A stretch of DNA of 64,000 nucleotides from a virus. Lineage: Duplodnaviria > Heunggongvirae > Uroviricota > Caudoviricetes. Position numbers and translations under genes: made by a program. The stretch covers positions 125,413-189,412 of the IMG/VR virus record IMGVR_UViG_3300014205_000001; one strand, given 5' to 3'. The number at the start of each line of letters is the position of its first letter. The first letter of the stretch is position 1. This document shows positions 8,797 through 18,421 of the stretch, piece by piece. The notes under the pieces were generated by a model that worked only from the letters and a program-made list of their open reading frames with translations, made no database searches and was not told the origin of the DNA.

Positions 8797-9187
8797 CTTT
8801 ATTAATTTTCTTGATTTGTTTGACAGTGATGTTGCCATTAATCTCATCTTCTGACATTAAGTCTTCAATGCTATATTTTTGTAATAAACGATACACTGAA
8901 CGATCTGCCATATTCAATAATTGTGCAGTTACTACTCTACGATGTTGCGAGATATGATTAGCAAGACGCAGTCGTAGTTCTTCGTCACCTAATAATTTGA
9001 CAACAACATCTGGAATGAACATTGCTTTATCTTTAGGTACCATGACTGCATCTTCCGTAATACAATCGAAACCAATGTAATGTGTTTCAGTTTCTTCCGA
9101 TAAGGTAAGAATTTTGTTGCCACAAATAATCAATCGGGCTAATTGGGCGGAAATTTCCTTTTTGTAAATCAATTCATTTATGTCCAT
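8771..9187 (-). CDS. protein with Fis-type HTH
   Basis: RVVTAQLLNMADRSVYRLLQKY; start moved to ATG 9187. Confidence 0.6.
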   Translation of the reverse strand: MDINELIYKKEISAQLARLIICGNKILTLSEETETHYIGFDCITEDAVMVPKDKAMFIPDVVVKLLGDEELRLRLANHISQHRRVVTAQLLNMADRSVYRLLQKYSIEDLMSEDEINGNITVKQIKKINKDAKQKQEA

Positions 9188-9205
9188 AAAAGTATAGTTT
9201 GTGTA

Positions 9206-9240
9206 CTGTAAATATATGCATAATTTTTGAAATAAAAAAC
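9206..9240 (-). promoter_or_regulatory. candidate early promoter (variant)
   Basis: TTA-tttcaaaaattatgca-TATATTTACAG, same N16 geometry as the class-1 sites. Confidence 0.5.
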
Positions 9241-9280
9241 ATGTCAAACTGCTGACTAAATCACCATTTATAAAAGACTT

Positions 9281-9308
9281 TAAACTAACTTGCAAAAGTC
9301 AAATATAA
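9281..9308 (+). promoter_or_regulatory. class-2 promoter TAAAC-N18-TATAA
   Basis: Exact motif, 5 nt before ATG 9314. Confidence 0.75.
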
Positions 9309-9313
9309 TAGGT

Positions 9314-9499
9314 ATGGAAATAGATAAAAGTTTCTGTCTCAAACGTATTGATGAACAGATTGATTACATTGCAAAAAACGATTGGTTGTATTTTACAGCC
9401 CAAATGGATTATGATCGTTATAATTTGATTAATCAATCAGCACAAGGAATATTGAATTATTTTTTAGCCAAACTTAAAACGTTTACAGATGAAAATTAA
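9314..9499 (+). CDS. small hypothetical protein
   Basis: Start moved to ATG 9314 based on the promoter. Confidence 0.65.
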   Translation: MEIDKSFCLKRIDEQIDYIAKNDWLYFTAQMDYDRYNLINQSAQGILNYFLAKLKTFTDEN

Positions 9500-9704
9500 A
9501 GAAACAACTACGATTGAGTTATCAAAAAAAGAATTAACTGATCTCATTAAAAAGCATTTGATCACAAAAGGTTACGATGTGAAAGATGTTTCGTTCAATA
9601 CGAAAAATGAATATGATGATGCAGATTGGGAAGGACGTTATGGTCCCACAACAGTATTTGATAATGTTTCATGTACAGTGAAAAAAGAATGTACCCAGGA
9701 GTAG
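9489..9704 (+). CDS. small hypothetical protein
   Basis: 71 aa; resembles the N-terminus of 10581-10907. Confidence 0.7.
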   Translation: MKIKETTTIELSKKELTDLIKKHLITKGYDVKDVSFNTKNEYDDADWEGRYGPTTVFDNVSCTVKKECTQE

Positions 9705-10579
9705 AAAATATACCTGATACTGGTTTAAGTATTAATGAAGCTAATTACTTTATTAGTTTATTACAAAATCAAATACGGAATCAAGCTTATGTAGAAAACC
9801 GTGCCAAGACTGCCAATCGAATGTTTTGTTTTGGTTTACGTTGGGCGAGAATTATTCCTAATTATGGCGAGTTAAGTAAACAAGTAGGTCAAGGTCAACG
9901 ACCTGATCGTGTCTTTTTGAAAGCATATAACGATGGGATTTATGGTTACTTTAAAACAGATCAAAATAATATTCCCATTCCACCCTTATCTGATTTACAA
10001 CCCATTATTGATTTTATTGAAGATCAATTAGGAATTGAGATGAAAGATTACGATTCGATGTTAGGAAATATTTATGAGAATAATAGTTTCATTCATCAGC
10101 ATCGTGATACGAGTGAAAGTAAAGATGCTAGAAATTATCCCGTAATTGTAATTAATTTGGGAGCCAGTGGTGGATTGATGTACGATAAAATAAGTAGCGA
10201 TAAAGACTTATCAGGTACTGATGCCTATAAAGAATTTGAAACAGCATTACAAAAAACATCCTATCATGAACGTATTGGATTACTTCCCATTAAAAATGGA
10301 GGTATTTATGCGTTTGGTGTAGAAGGTGTGAATCGATTTACATTTAATCATCGAATTGTTGATGGTATAGGTACGTGTCCCACTCAGCCTTTATTTGTAC
10401 CTAATTGGGATGCAAAAGGCAATAAAATAGGTGAAATTGAACTGAAAAAGTATCGTATTACGCTGACATTTCGGCGTTCGCAAGATTTAACGAAAGATAT
10501 TGATAAAACACCTAAACGATTTAAACAACCGATCATTACGGAACCTATAATACGTAGAGGACCACAAAGTATATTTTAA
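9671..10579 (+). CDS. AlkB-like 2OG-Fe(II) dioxygenase
   Basis: N.Y..(NIY), HxD (HRD), distal His (FNHRI), RxxxxxR (RITLTFR). Confidence 0.8.
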   Translation: MYSEKRMYPGVENIPDTGLSINEANYFISLLQNQIRNQAYVENRAKTANRMFCFGLRWARIIPNYGELSKQVGQGQRPDRVFLKAYNDGIYGYFKTDQNNIPIPPLSDLQPIIDFIEDQLGIEMKDYDSMLGNIYENNSFIHQHRDTSESKDARNYPVIVINLGASGGLMYDKISSDKDLSGTDAYKEFETALQKTSYHERIGLLPIKNGGIYAFGVEGVNRFTFNHRIVDGIGTCPTQPLFVPNWDAKGNKIGEIELKKYRITLTFRRSQDLTKDIDKTPKRFKQPIITEPIIRRGPQSIF

Positions 10580-10580
10580 C

Positions 10581-10907
10581 ATGATAATGACACAAAAATT
10601 TTCAAAAGACGACCTCAAAAAAGTATTTACGCAATACTTAGCCGCACAAGGTTATAAATTAGAATCACTTACCGTTGATATTAACTATTCAGAATTTAGT
10701 TCTGTGACTTGTAATATTACTGAAGCAAAACCTACGAAAACATTTATTATAACTGTGGGTCATTTAACTCCTGAGGAAGCACAAAAGAATATTCAGAAAA
10801 TGATTGCTGCATATCGCGAAGTAATTACACTTACTGAAGATAAAGGCATTGATTATATCTTGCCACAAAGTAATATTCAAATCGAAAATAACAATAATGA
10901 AAACTGA
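10581..10907 (+). CDS. hypothetical protein
   Basis: 108-aa ORF; C-half resembles a portal segment (see findings). Confidence 0.7.
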   Translation: MIMTQKFSKDDLKKVFTQYLAAQGYKLESLTVDINYSEFSSVTCNITEAKPTKTFIITVGHLTPEEAQKNIQKMIAAYREVITLTEDKGIDYILPQSNIQIENNNNEN

Positions 10908-11331
10908 AGACGAAGCAAGTATTGAAGCTTGTAAAATATTGCGTAAACAAGAAATTGGTTTAGATCATCCTAACATAGAAGCTTATGATGACGAATATGT
11001 CATGCGTAATTATCCTATTGAATGGGCCATGTTTATGGAAGGCTGGAAATTTGCAAATAGTAAAGATGAAATTGTAATTAGTGACCCAAAAGGTTTATTA
11101 CATCAAATGTCAATGGATATGTTTGCTGATAAAGGACATAAAGTAACTGTGACGGAACAAAGCATCAATAATGGTTACGAATACGATAAGCAAAAAGCCC
11201 AAAAATTTTTAAAAGTGGGTGGAATTTATACAGTAGAAAATACTGATGTAGAAAATTTCAGTTCAACAGTTGAGTTACAAGAATTTCCTGGGCAGAATTT
11301 CAATACTGTGAACTTTGTAGATGTAAAATAA
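10897..11331 (+). CDS. hypothetical protein
   Basis: Start moved to ATG 10897. Confidence 0.7.
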   Translation: MKTEDEASIEACKILRKQEIGLDHPNIEAYDDEYVMRNYPIEWAMFMEGWKFANSKDEIVISDPKGLLHQMSMDMFADKGHKVTVTEQSINNGYEYDKQKAQKFLKVGGIYTVENTDVENFSSTVELQEFPGQNFNTVNFVDVK

Positions 11332-11351
11332 AAAGAATACAAAATATATAA

Positions 11352-11942
11352 ATGAGTAAAAAATTCGAACATCCTACACTTGTAGTGAACTACATGGGTG
11401 GACCTGGTTGTGGAAAAAGTACATCTGCTGCACACTTATTTGCCAAATTAAAATGGGCAGGTATTGGTTGTGAGTTAGTGACTGAATACGCAAAGCATGT
11501 AACGTGGGAACAAGCCACGTATAAATTAAGTAATCAAACTTATTTGTTTGGTAAACAACATCATCGTCAATTTATCTTAAAAGATAAAGTACGTGTGATC
11601 GTAACCGATTCGCCAATTGTGTTGGGTTGTATTTACGATCAAGGTAAAACAGACTATCTAAAAGAATTGATGATGAGTGAGTTCAATAAGTTTTGGAACT
11701 TAAATATCTTTTTAAGTAGACAAAAAGAATATGACCCAGTAGGTCGTAATCAAACTTTAGAAGAAGCGATTGATAAAGATAACGAAATGTTAACTTTTTT
11801 ACGCGATAACAAAATTAGCCATTTAGGTTTACCCGGCACAGAAAGAAGTGTTGATATTATATATAATAAGGTACTCCAAATGATAGGTGAAGCTCATTCT
11901 CCTATTGTCGCAGAAATAAAAACTGCGGAGGATAATTCTTAA
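11352..11942 (+). CDS. P-loop nucleotide kinase-like ATPase (NadR/AAA_28-like)
   Basis: GGPGCGKST Walker A, ELVTEYAK, IVTDSP, GRNQ. Confidence 0.75.
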   Translation: MSKKFEHPTLVVNYMGGPGCGKSTSAAHLFAKLKWAGIGCELVTEYAKHVTWEQATYKLSNQTYLFGKQHHRQFILKDKVRVIVTDSPIVLGCIYDQGKTDYLKELMMSEFNKFWNLNIFLSRQKEYDPVGRNQTLEEAIDKDNEMLTFLRDNKISHLGLPGTERSVDIIYNKVLQMIGEAHSPIVAEIKTAEDNS

Positions 11943-11943
11943 T

Positions 11944-12750
11944 ATGATAACCAAAGAAATACTACTTGAAAAATTAAAATACTACCAAGATAAAAATTTC
12001 ACATTCGACGAAGCAGCTCACGTTTATACATTAGACGGGAAAATTGTATACGGTGTAACATCCTTTCTGAATCGTTTTGTAAAACCTTTTGACTCTGATT
12101 ATTGGAGTAAAAAGAAAGCAGATGATGAAGGCATCACGCAAGAAGAAATGTTGAAGCGTTGGGATGACAAACGTGATCGAAGTTGCGAATTAGGTCATAA
12201 TGTTCATGATTGGATTGAACATTTTTACGAAAACAATGTTACGAAACCTACCAAAGATGCTGAAGCGAATGAACGAATTGAAAAATTTAAATTAATTTAT
12301 GAAAGTAAATTAAAAAATTTAGAATCAATTGGTAGTGAAATAAGAATTTTTAGTCGTAAATACAACATTGCAGGTACGATCGATAAATTATATTTATGGG
12401 AAGGACAAGTAATTGTAGGTGACTGGAAAACTAATAAACAAATTAAGACTGATAAAGATTTTTGTTTTGGTAAGTTACTTTATCCTTTTGAAAAGTATAA
12501 AGAAAACGAACTTAATAAATACTCGTTACAAATTAGTTTGTATCAGTTACTATTAGAAGAAGCAGGAATCGAATCTGATTATGGATTTATTTGTCACATA
12601 CCTGGTGAAGGTGAAGCAAAGATTTATAAGTTAAAAGATTTCCGTGCTGATTTACGTACGTATTTTAATCACGATTGGTTGAATCACGATCCGAATGCGA
12701 TTCCTATTCATGAAGCAAAAGAACCTACAAAAATATCTAAAATTTGGTAG
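11944..12750 (+). CDS. PD-(D/E)XK exonuclease (lambda-exo/Cas4-like, no Fe-S cluster)
   Basis: G..VH..IE, E..., AGTID, GDWKT, QISLY. Confidence 0.8.
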   Translation: MITKEILLEKLKYYQDKNFTFDEAAHVYTLDGKIVYGVTSFLNRFVKPFDSDYWSKKKADDEGITQEEMLKRWDDKRDRSCELGHNVHDWIEHFYENNVTKPTKDAEANERIEKFKLIYESKLKNLESIGSEIRIFSRKYNIAGTIDKLYLWEGQVIVGDWKTNKQIKTDKDFCFGKLLYPFEKYKENELNKYSLQISLYQLLLEEAGIESDYGFICHIPGEGEAKIYKLKDFRADLRTYFNHDWLNHDPNAIPIHEAKEPTKISKIW

Positions 12751-13035
12751 ATGAAATTAATTCTATGTAAACAATGTAATGATGTCGTTCGTTTAATGAC
12801 GAACGACATTCGTTTTTGTAAATGTAAAGCATCCGCAGGTGTTTATATAGATAATATTAATGCAATATTTAGTGGTGTACATTGTATACCTTTAGGTATT
12901 GATAATACGACGCTATCCAAAGCTGTACACAGACGCGAAACAATTTATTACGATAATACGTTTCAAGCATTTATTGTACACGAATATTCCGAAACATTTA
13001 AACGAGTAGACAATGTCGAAACCAGCAAGAAATAA
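12751..13035 (+). CDS. small zinc-binding protein
   Basis: CKQC..CKC. Confidence 0.7.
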   Translation: MKLILCKQCNDVVRLMTNDIRFCKCKASAGVYIDNINAIFSGVHCIPLGIDNTTLSKAVHRRETIYYDNTFQAFIVHEYSETFKRVDNVETSKK

Positions 13036-13336
13036 ACAAGCACGTAGTAAACCTGCTAAAACGAGTAGCAATCGTAATGTGCAACCTGATGATGAAATTA
13101 TCAAAAGTAGCATTATGAAATATGCAGAAGAGATGTTCGACTTTGATGAACAAGGAAATGTCATCAAACGAAAAGTTGATGGACGTGGAATGAAAATTGA
13201 AGAAGAAGACCCTGAAATAAATCCTGAATCAATCAAAGAAAAAGAACAAAAGAAAGTAAAACTTCAGAAGCAAAAGAAACGTATCGTAAATTCTAATACT
13301 GGTATTTCTTTTGGAGATTTACTTAATGATGATTAA
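13013..13336 (+). CDS. hypothetical charged protein
   Basis: 107-aa ORF ending the operon. Confidence 0.65.
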   Translation: MSKPARNKQARSKPAKTSSNRNVQPDDEIIKSSIMKYAEEMFDFDEQGNVIKRKVDGRGMKIEEEDPEINPESIKEKEQKKVKLQKQKKRIVNSNTGISFGDLLNDD

Positions 13337-13761
13337 TTAATAGGTTCACTCGTACCTTGATCAACTGAACGAGTATCGTTAATTAAAGGCAACGATAATG
13401 TTACATCAATATTATGTGTGCCATAATTAACAGTGCGTTTATTGAACCATTCTGCTAATTTATTGTAAGTTTCAAAACTCAAAGCAGGATTCAGTAAACT
13501 TGATTTAGCTGTCCACCATTCGTTTACATTACTTTGTATTTCTCCAGTTGGATGATATGTTATACGATCAATATCGTAACCTTGTTTTGTACTTAATTGA
13601 ATATAATAATTATCTTCAACTATACCATAAGATACTTTAAAAGTAGATTCAATTTGCTGTATTAATGACTCTGATAAAACTCCCATAAAAATATTACGAG
13701 CTTCGTCATTAGAATTATTTTCGTTTAAGAATTTTTTAAATTCGTTAATTGTTGTTATCAT
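13333..13761 (-). CDS. putative internal head protein (MITxINEF tag)
   Basis: MITTINEFKKFLNE. Confidence 0.7.
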   Translation of the reverse strand: MITTINEFKKFLNENNSNDEARNIFMGVLSESLIQQIESTFKVSYGIVEDNYYIQLSTKQGYDIDRITYHPTGEIQSNVNEWWTAKSSLLNPALSFETYNKLAEWFNKRTVNYGTHNIDVTLSLPLINDTRSVDQGTSEPIN

Positions 13762-13762
13762 A

Positions 13763-14704
13763 TTATTTGTTCATTGAATCGTTGTATTCGATAGTCCAAC
13801 CTAATTCTTCTAATTTTTTACAAGCAGCTGCAATAGTATTGTCAAATTCTGTATCACCTTGTTCCGGCATTAAAATATTTTCTAAAGATAATGCAACATC
13901 ACCTTCGTGAGCTGTATCTGTTAAACCATATTCTTCACCTAAATAACTAATTAATTTTGGAATTAGTTCTTCCATGTTAATAGCTGTAGTTTGTGTAGTT
14001 GTTTCAGGTACTTGTGTTTTTGGTTTAAATGAATCTTGATTTTGTACTTCACTTTCACGTACATCAGTTCCTAAATCAGCACCATCGATGTCAATACTAA
14101 AATCAGAATTAGGATGAATTTTATCTGTAAAAGTATATACAAAATCTTCGTTACTTATATAATTTAATTGACGTGCCCAATAATATCCTTCTTCACCTGG
14201 AGTTGTACCTTCAGCAGCTTCCCAAAATTCATTATCATTATCGGCATTTATATTATCAGGTGCGTACCATGTTTTTACATCAAATAATATTTTTTTCACT
14301 TCTTCTTCAGTACCATATTGAAGTAATGGATTTTCTGTTTTGCTATCAATATCTTCAGCATCAATTGCGCCTAATTGTGTAATCATAGCTGCAACTACTT
14401 CTGTGTTAATAGAACCTACTGCTTGAAAATATCCACGAATTTCGTTTTCAGTTTCAGGAGTTAATGCTTTAATAGGCACATCTGCTTCTGAGTTCCAATC
14501 ATGAATTGCTTCTTCTAATGCTTCTTCTAAATTATTATATACTGTAGGATTTTTATTAAAATCACTAGTTGCATAACCATTCCAATACTCTACAGTATTT
14601 GACATTGGAGTAGTATCAGTTGTGCCACCTGTTGGGTTATTGCCAAAATCCATGTGAGCTTCAGCAAGATATTTTTTAAATTCGTTGATAGATGTAATTT
14701 TCAT
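13763..14704 (-). CDS. putative internal head protein, very acidic
   Basis: MKITSINEFKKYLAE; AATATATA upstream. Confidence 0.7.
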   Translation of the reverse strand: MKITSINEFKKYLAEAHMDFGNNPTGGTTDTTPMSNTVEYWNGYATSDFNKNPTVYNNLEEALEEAIHDWNSEADVPIKALTPETENEIRGYFQAVGSINTEVVAAMITQLGAIDAEDIDSKTENPLLQYGTEEEVKKILFDVKTWYAPDNINADNDNEFWEAAEGTTPGEEGYYWARQLNYISNEDFVYTFTDKIHPNSDFSIDIDGADLGTDVRESEVQNQDSFKPKTQVPETTTQTTAINMEELIPKLISYLGEEYGLTDTAHEGDVALSLENILMPEQGDTEFDNTIAAACKKLEELGWTIEYNDSMNK

Positions 14705-14724
14705 AGTAAGTTATATATTATTTA

Positions 14725-15321
14725 TTAATGGAAGTAATCGACACTATCGTCTAAAATACCATCATTTATTGTTGTAGGATTGATATATTCGATGCTTTTT
14801 AAGGAAAAACGATTAAATTCGTTAATTATTTTCTGAACAGTATCGATCATTTCTTCTTTTGTTAATGTAACTGGGTCAGTTGTAAAAGAATTTTTTTCAA
14901 TAATTTTTTTATTTGATGAATCAGTTGTATTAAGAATAATGAAAAAATGATTATCTAAAAAATCGTTATCTGCATTCCAACCATAATACATTGTTGTACC
15001 TTGTTGAATTGATTTACGATGTTCTGAATAAATTTTATATTCACTAATATCTTTTTTGTATACTATATCTAAAGGACCTACATCAAAAGTTAATATTTGT
15101 TTAGGATTATTTTCTTCGTATAAAATTCTTTTAAATCCTGGAAGTGCAGGAATGTTTTGTGGCATACGTCCAAATACTTCGACACCTGGACGATCATCTT
15201 CACCTGTGCGATTACCGTAAGGATTTATCACACGATTCATTTGTGATTTAGGAATCATATTTATTTTGAAGTTTTTAGGTGCTTCAAATGATTCACGAAA
15301 TTCTTCAATTGAAGTAATCAT
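14725..15321 (-). CDS. putative internal head protein
   Basis: MITSIEEFRESFE. Confidence 0.7.
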   Translation of the reverse strand: MITSIEEFRESFEAPKNFKINMIPKSQMNRVINPYGNRTGEDDRPGVEVFGRMPQNIPALPGFKRILYEENNPKQILTFDVGPLDIVYKKDISEYKIYSEHRKSIQQGTTMYYGWNADNDFLDNHFFIILNTTDSSNKKIIEKNSFTTDPVTLTKEEMIDTVQKIINEFNRFSLKSIEYINPTTINDGILDDSVDYFH

Positions 15322-15506
15322 TATTTATCTTTTAAATAATTTTTTACAAATTCAGATGCTTCATTACGATAGCTACCTTCATCTTTTATTCCTTGATCGT
15401 TATACTGTTTAGCAACGTGCATGTACACATCTTCTAACATATTTTCAATGTCAGTTTTTTTATACAGCTTAGGAACATTTTGAAATTCGTTAATTGAAGT
15501 TATCAT
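15321..15506 (-). CDS. putative small internal head protein
   Basis: MITSINEFQ. Confidence 0.65.
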   Translation of the reverse strand: MITSINEFQNVPKLYKKTDIENMLEDVYMHVAKQYNDQGIKDEGSYRNEASEFVKNYLKDK

Positions 15507-16585
15507 TATTCAGTAGGTTTGTTATTTGATTTATGAGGTGGCATTGTTTTACGTGGACCTGCATTAGGTACACCTATTGTTGGAGGTAATTCACCAGCTT
15601 TAAATCCACCACTATGTTGTTGTGTTAACTTATCTAAGCCAGCTTTTAAACCAGTCACTACTGAAACAGGTAAAACTATTCCATGTTTTTTCATTGCTCT
15701 ACGATACCAAGTTGCAATTTGACTTAACGTTTGAAACGCATCATAACTATCACTTGGTTTGAAACGTTCTTTATTAGGTTGACGTTCACCTTGTTGATCG
15801 TATTGAATATACACATAACCATTTTTATAAATTATAGGTTTGTATTTCATTTCAGCTTGCCATGTTCCTGATGTATCAATTACACCGATCGGATCACCAT
15901 CAGTATCAAGTGCTGCAGCGATTAAAGCATTTACTTCATCAACTTTCTTTTGCATTTTTGCAGGAGACACAGGGTCTAAATAACCTTCTTTAATTAAACG
16001 TTTATTTAAATCTGCTAGTTCTTGTGCTCTAAATGGAAATTCTTCTGCAACTTCCATTGTAGAAATAAATGTTTTACGTTCAGGCCCTACATATACTTTT
16101 ACATTTGTGGGATTAATTCTTACAACCCATTGCACTTGTTCAGGATTTAATTCGTGCATGAATGCAGCAATATCTGCTTCAGTACCTGACATAACTAAAT
16201 ATTTACCTTGATCACCTAATTCTTTTTTCATTTTTTCAATTTCAAAAGGTAATAAAGTTTCGTTTGTTGAAACTCCTGTGTTAGATAAATTTTCAGGATT
16301 TGTAATAATGTTTGGTAAATCTTCAACTGATACATTAAATTCTTGTGCAAGCTGTGGAAGTAATTCACTACGTAATTTACCACTTTGTTTTAATTCAATG
16401 TAACGTTGATAAATATTTTGTTCAGTTGCAGTTGGATTAATTAAATCTAATGGTCCTGTTCCTGTACCTAAGTTAGCAGCGTTGGCTTGTGCACCTCCAG
16501 GTTCAGGAGAAGTTAATGTATCATTTGCTATAGGTAGCATTGTTTCTTTAAGAAACTTACGAAATTCAAGAATCGATGTTATCAT
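15506..16585 (-). CDS. putative internal head protein, multi-module
   Basis: MITSILEFRKFLKE; internal STNE and LIKE sites; AATATATA 5 nt before ATG. Confidence 0.7.
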   Translation of the reverse strand: MITSILEFRKFLKETMLPIANDTLTSPEPGGAQANAANLGTGTGPLDLINPTATEQNIYQRYIELKQSGKLRSELLPQLAQEFNVSVEDLPNIITNPENLSNTGVSTNETLLPFEIEKMKKELGDQGKYLVMSGTEADIAAFMHELNPEQVQWVVRINPTNVKVYVGPERKTFISTMEVAEEFPFRAQELADLNKRLIKEGYLDPVSPAKMQKKVDEVNALIAAALDTDGDPIGVIDTSGTWQAEMKYKPIIYKNGYVYIQYDQQGERQPNKERFKPSDSYDAFQTLSQIATWYRRAMKKHGIVLPVSVVTGLKAGLDKLTQQHSGGFKAGELPPTIGVPNAGPRKTMPPHKSNNKPTE

Positions 16586-16618
16586 GAATTTATATATTAA
16601 TTTTACAAAACTACAATA

Positions 16619-16645
16619 AAAAAGCCGGTATTAAACCGGCTTTTT
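16619..16645. terminator. intrinsic terminator
   Basis: AAAAAGCCGGT-atta-AACCGGCTTTTT-type hairpin. Confidence 0.8.
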
Positions 16646-16664
16646 CTGTAATTTGTAAACAAAC

Positions 16665-16844
16665 TTACGATTTCATCATTCCTGGACTTTTCCATTCTTT
16701 ATGAGAACGGATTTCTAATACTTGTTCCATTGACAAGTTAAATTGGTCCCATCCCTGTGCAGAGCAATAACGACTAACGAAATGTTCACGTAAACGGATC
16801 ATTTCGATTTCAGATAAAGCTTCGTTCTTTATTAATTCTACCAT
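16665..16844 (-). CDS. 59-aa hypothetical protein (not in ORF track)
   Basis: MVELIKNEALSEIEMIRLREHFVSRYC..GWD..LSMEQVLEIR..WKSPGMMKS; long A-rich leader and own terminator. Confidence 0.75.
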   Translation of the reverse strand: MVELIKNEALSEIEMIRLREHFVSRYCSAQGWDQFNLSMEQVLEIRSHKEWKSPGMMKS

Positions 16845-16997
16845 TGTAATTTTGAATTTAATTTTTTTATTGTGTTTTTATTGGTTTGTTTATTTTGTCA
16901 CTCGTAAGGTTTGCGCATTTTATGAATAATATCTAAATGGGCACGTTTGTTTGGAGTAACCGGTATAATTTATATATGTGAACTTCAAAAATGAATT

Positions 16998-17025
16998 TAA
17001 ACTTTTTTGATGCTTTACAATATAA
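16998..17025 (+). promoter_or_regulatory. class-2 promoter TAAAC-N18-TATAA
   Basis: Exact motif upstream of thyA. Confidence 0.75.
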
Positions 17026-17057
17026 CCTATTATTAATCAATTCAATTAATTTCACAA

Positions 17058-18188
17058 ATGGATTTCAAAAACAATTTAGACAAACAATATTTATTGTTTG
17101 CAAACGACATTCTTAAGAATGGCACAATATCAGGTGACAGAACAGGCACAGGTACAAAAAAAGTATTTGGTAGAATGTTACATCACGATATGAATGAGGG
17201 ATTTCCTCTCTTAACATCGAAAGAAGTTCATTTTAAAAGCATCTTAACTGAATTATTGTGGTTTTTATCAGGTGTTACTAACATTAAACCTTTAGTCGAT
17301 CAAAATAATTATATTTGGGTAGGTGATTGTTTTAAACGTTATGAAAAATATATTGCTGCTTCTACACTCGATTCCGATCATACTTACATGATACTTGATA
17401 ATAATACTAAAGAACATCGTGCAATGAATCGTCAAGAATTTATTGATATGATTAAATCAGCACCCAAAAATTATGATGAGTATGCTGAAAAGGATTTGTA
17501 TTCTTCAATTGAAGCATGGAAGAGTGATTTTGTTTTAATGTTTGGTGAACTTGGTCCTGTATATGGAGCAATGTGGACAAATTGGGATGGCATTAATCAA
17601 ATTGAAAATGCAATTGAAACGTTAAAAACAAATCCTAATAGCAGACGTATTTTAATTTCTGCATGGAATCCAACTTATGTTGACAAAGTAGTATTGCCTC
17701 CTTGTCATTTCTGTTTTCAATTTGTTACAATTGAATTAACTCAAGAAGAAAGAATACAAATATATATTAACAATGGATATAATAGTGACCGTCTGCGTGA
17801 TAACGCCGGATATATTGGTGGTGATGCTTTGGACATACAATTGGATAAAGCAAATATTCCGAAACACAAATTAAATATGATGTTCAATATGCGATCAATT
17901 GATTTAGCATTGGGACTTCCATTTAATATTGCAAGTTATGGTTTATTATTAATGATGTTCGCACAGCAAACAAACATGGTAGCAAATGAATTAGTTGCAA
18001 GTTTAGGTGATTTACATATTTATCTAAATCAACAAGAAGGTATGTCAAAACAAGGCGAATCTGAAACGTTTGCATTACCAACAGTAACAATTGAAAAAGC
18101 CAAATCTATTTTCGATTATAAAGTAGAAAATTTTAAATTAAATAATTACCAAAATGCTGGTAAAATAGCAATGCCATTATCAAATTAG
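17058..18188 (+). CDS. thyA: thymidylate synthase
   Basis: DRTGTGT, ELLWF, SRR, LPPCH, RSID..LGLPFNIASY, GDLHIY; two insertions. Confidence 0.97.
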   Translation: MDFKNNLDKQYLLFANDILKNGTISGDRTGTGTKKVFGRMLHHDMNEGFPLLTSKEVHFKSILTELLWFLSGVTNIKPLVDQNNYIWVGDCFKRYEKYIAASTLDSDHTYMILDNNTKEHRAMNRQEFIDMIKSAPKNYDEYAEKDLYSSIEAWKSDFVLMFGELGPVYGAMWTNWDGINQIENAIETLKTNPNSRRILISAWNPTYVDKVVLPPCHFCFQFVTIELTQEERIQIYINNGYNSDRLRDNAGYIGGDALDIQLDKANIPKHKLNMMFNMRSIDLALGLPFNIASYGLLLMMFAQQTNMVANELVASLGDLHIYLNQQEGMSKQGESETFALPTVTIEKAKSIFDYKVENFKLNNYQNAGKIAMPLSN

Positions 18189-18217
18189 GGAATCGATTGC
18201 CAAATCTCACCTAAAAT

Positions 18218-18247
18218 AAGAAAGATCGTAGAAATACGATCTTTTTT
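18218..18247 (+). terminator. intrinsic terminator
   Basis: AAAGATCGTA-gaaa-TACGATCTTT followed by a T run. Confidence 0.8.
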
Positions 18248-18274
18248 AGTGTGGATATATAAAAATAAACACAA

Positions 18275-18421
18275 ATGGCAGCAAAAGTAAAAACTTCGAC
18301 AGCAACACAATTCCACAAAAAACCTAAAAAAGTGCGTAAGGGTGTTCACGCAAAAACAAAAAGTTCTAAGAATAAACATTCAAAGAACTATCAAAAATTA
18401 AATCGCGGTCAAGGTCACTAA
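18275..18421 (+). CDS. 48-aa highly basic late peptide (not in ORF track)
   Basis: MAAKVKTSTATQFHKKPKKVRKGVHAKTKSSKNKHSKNYQKLNRGQGH; GATATATA at 18254. Confidence 0.75.
   Translation: MAAKVKTSTATQFHKKPKKVRKGVHAKTKSSKNKHSKNYQKLNRGQGH

Noticed and set aside
11944-12750. Cas4 / CRISPR locus
   Set aside because: No four-Cys cluster, no other cas genes and no array.
17058-18188. dCMP hydroxymethylase or intron-containing td
   Set aside because: The canonical PFN Asn indicates dUMP specificity, and the insertions are in frame and short.
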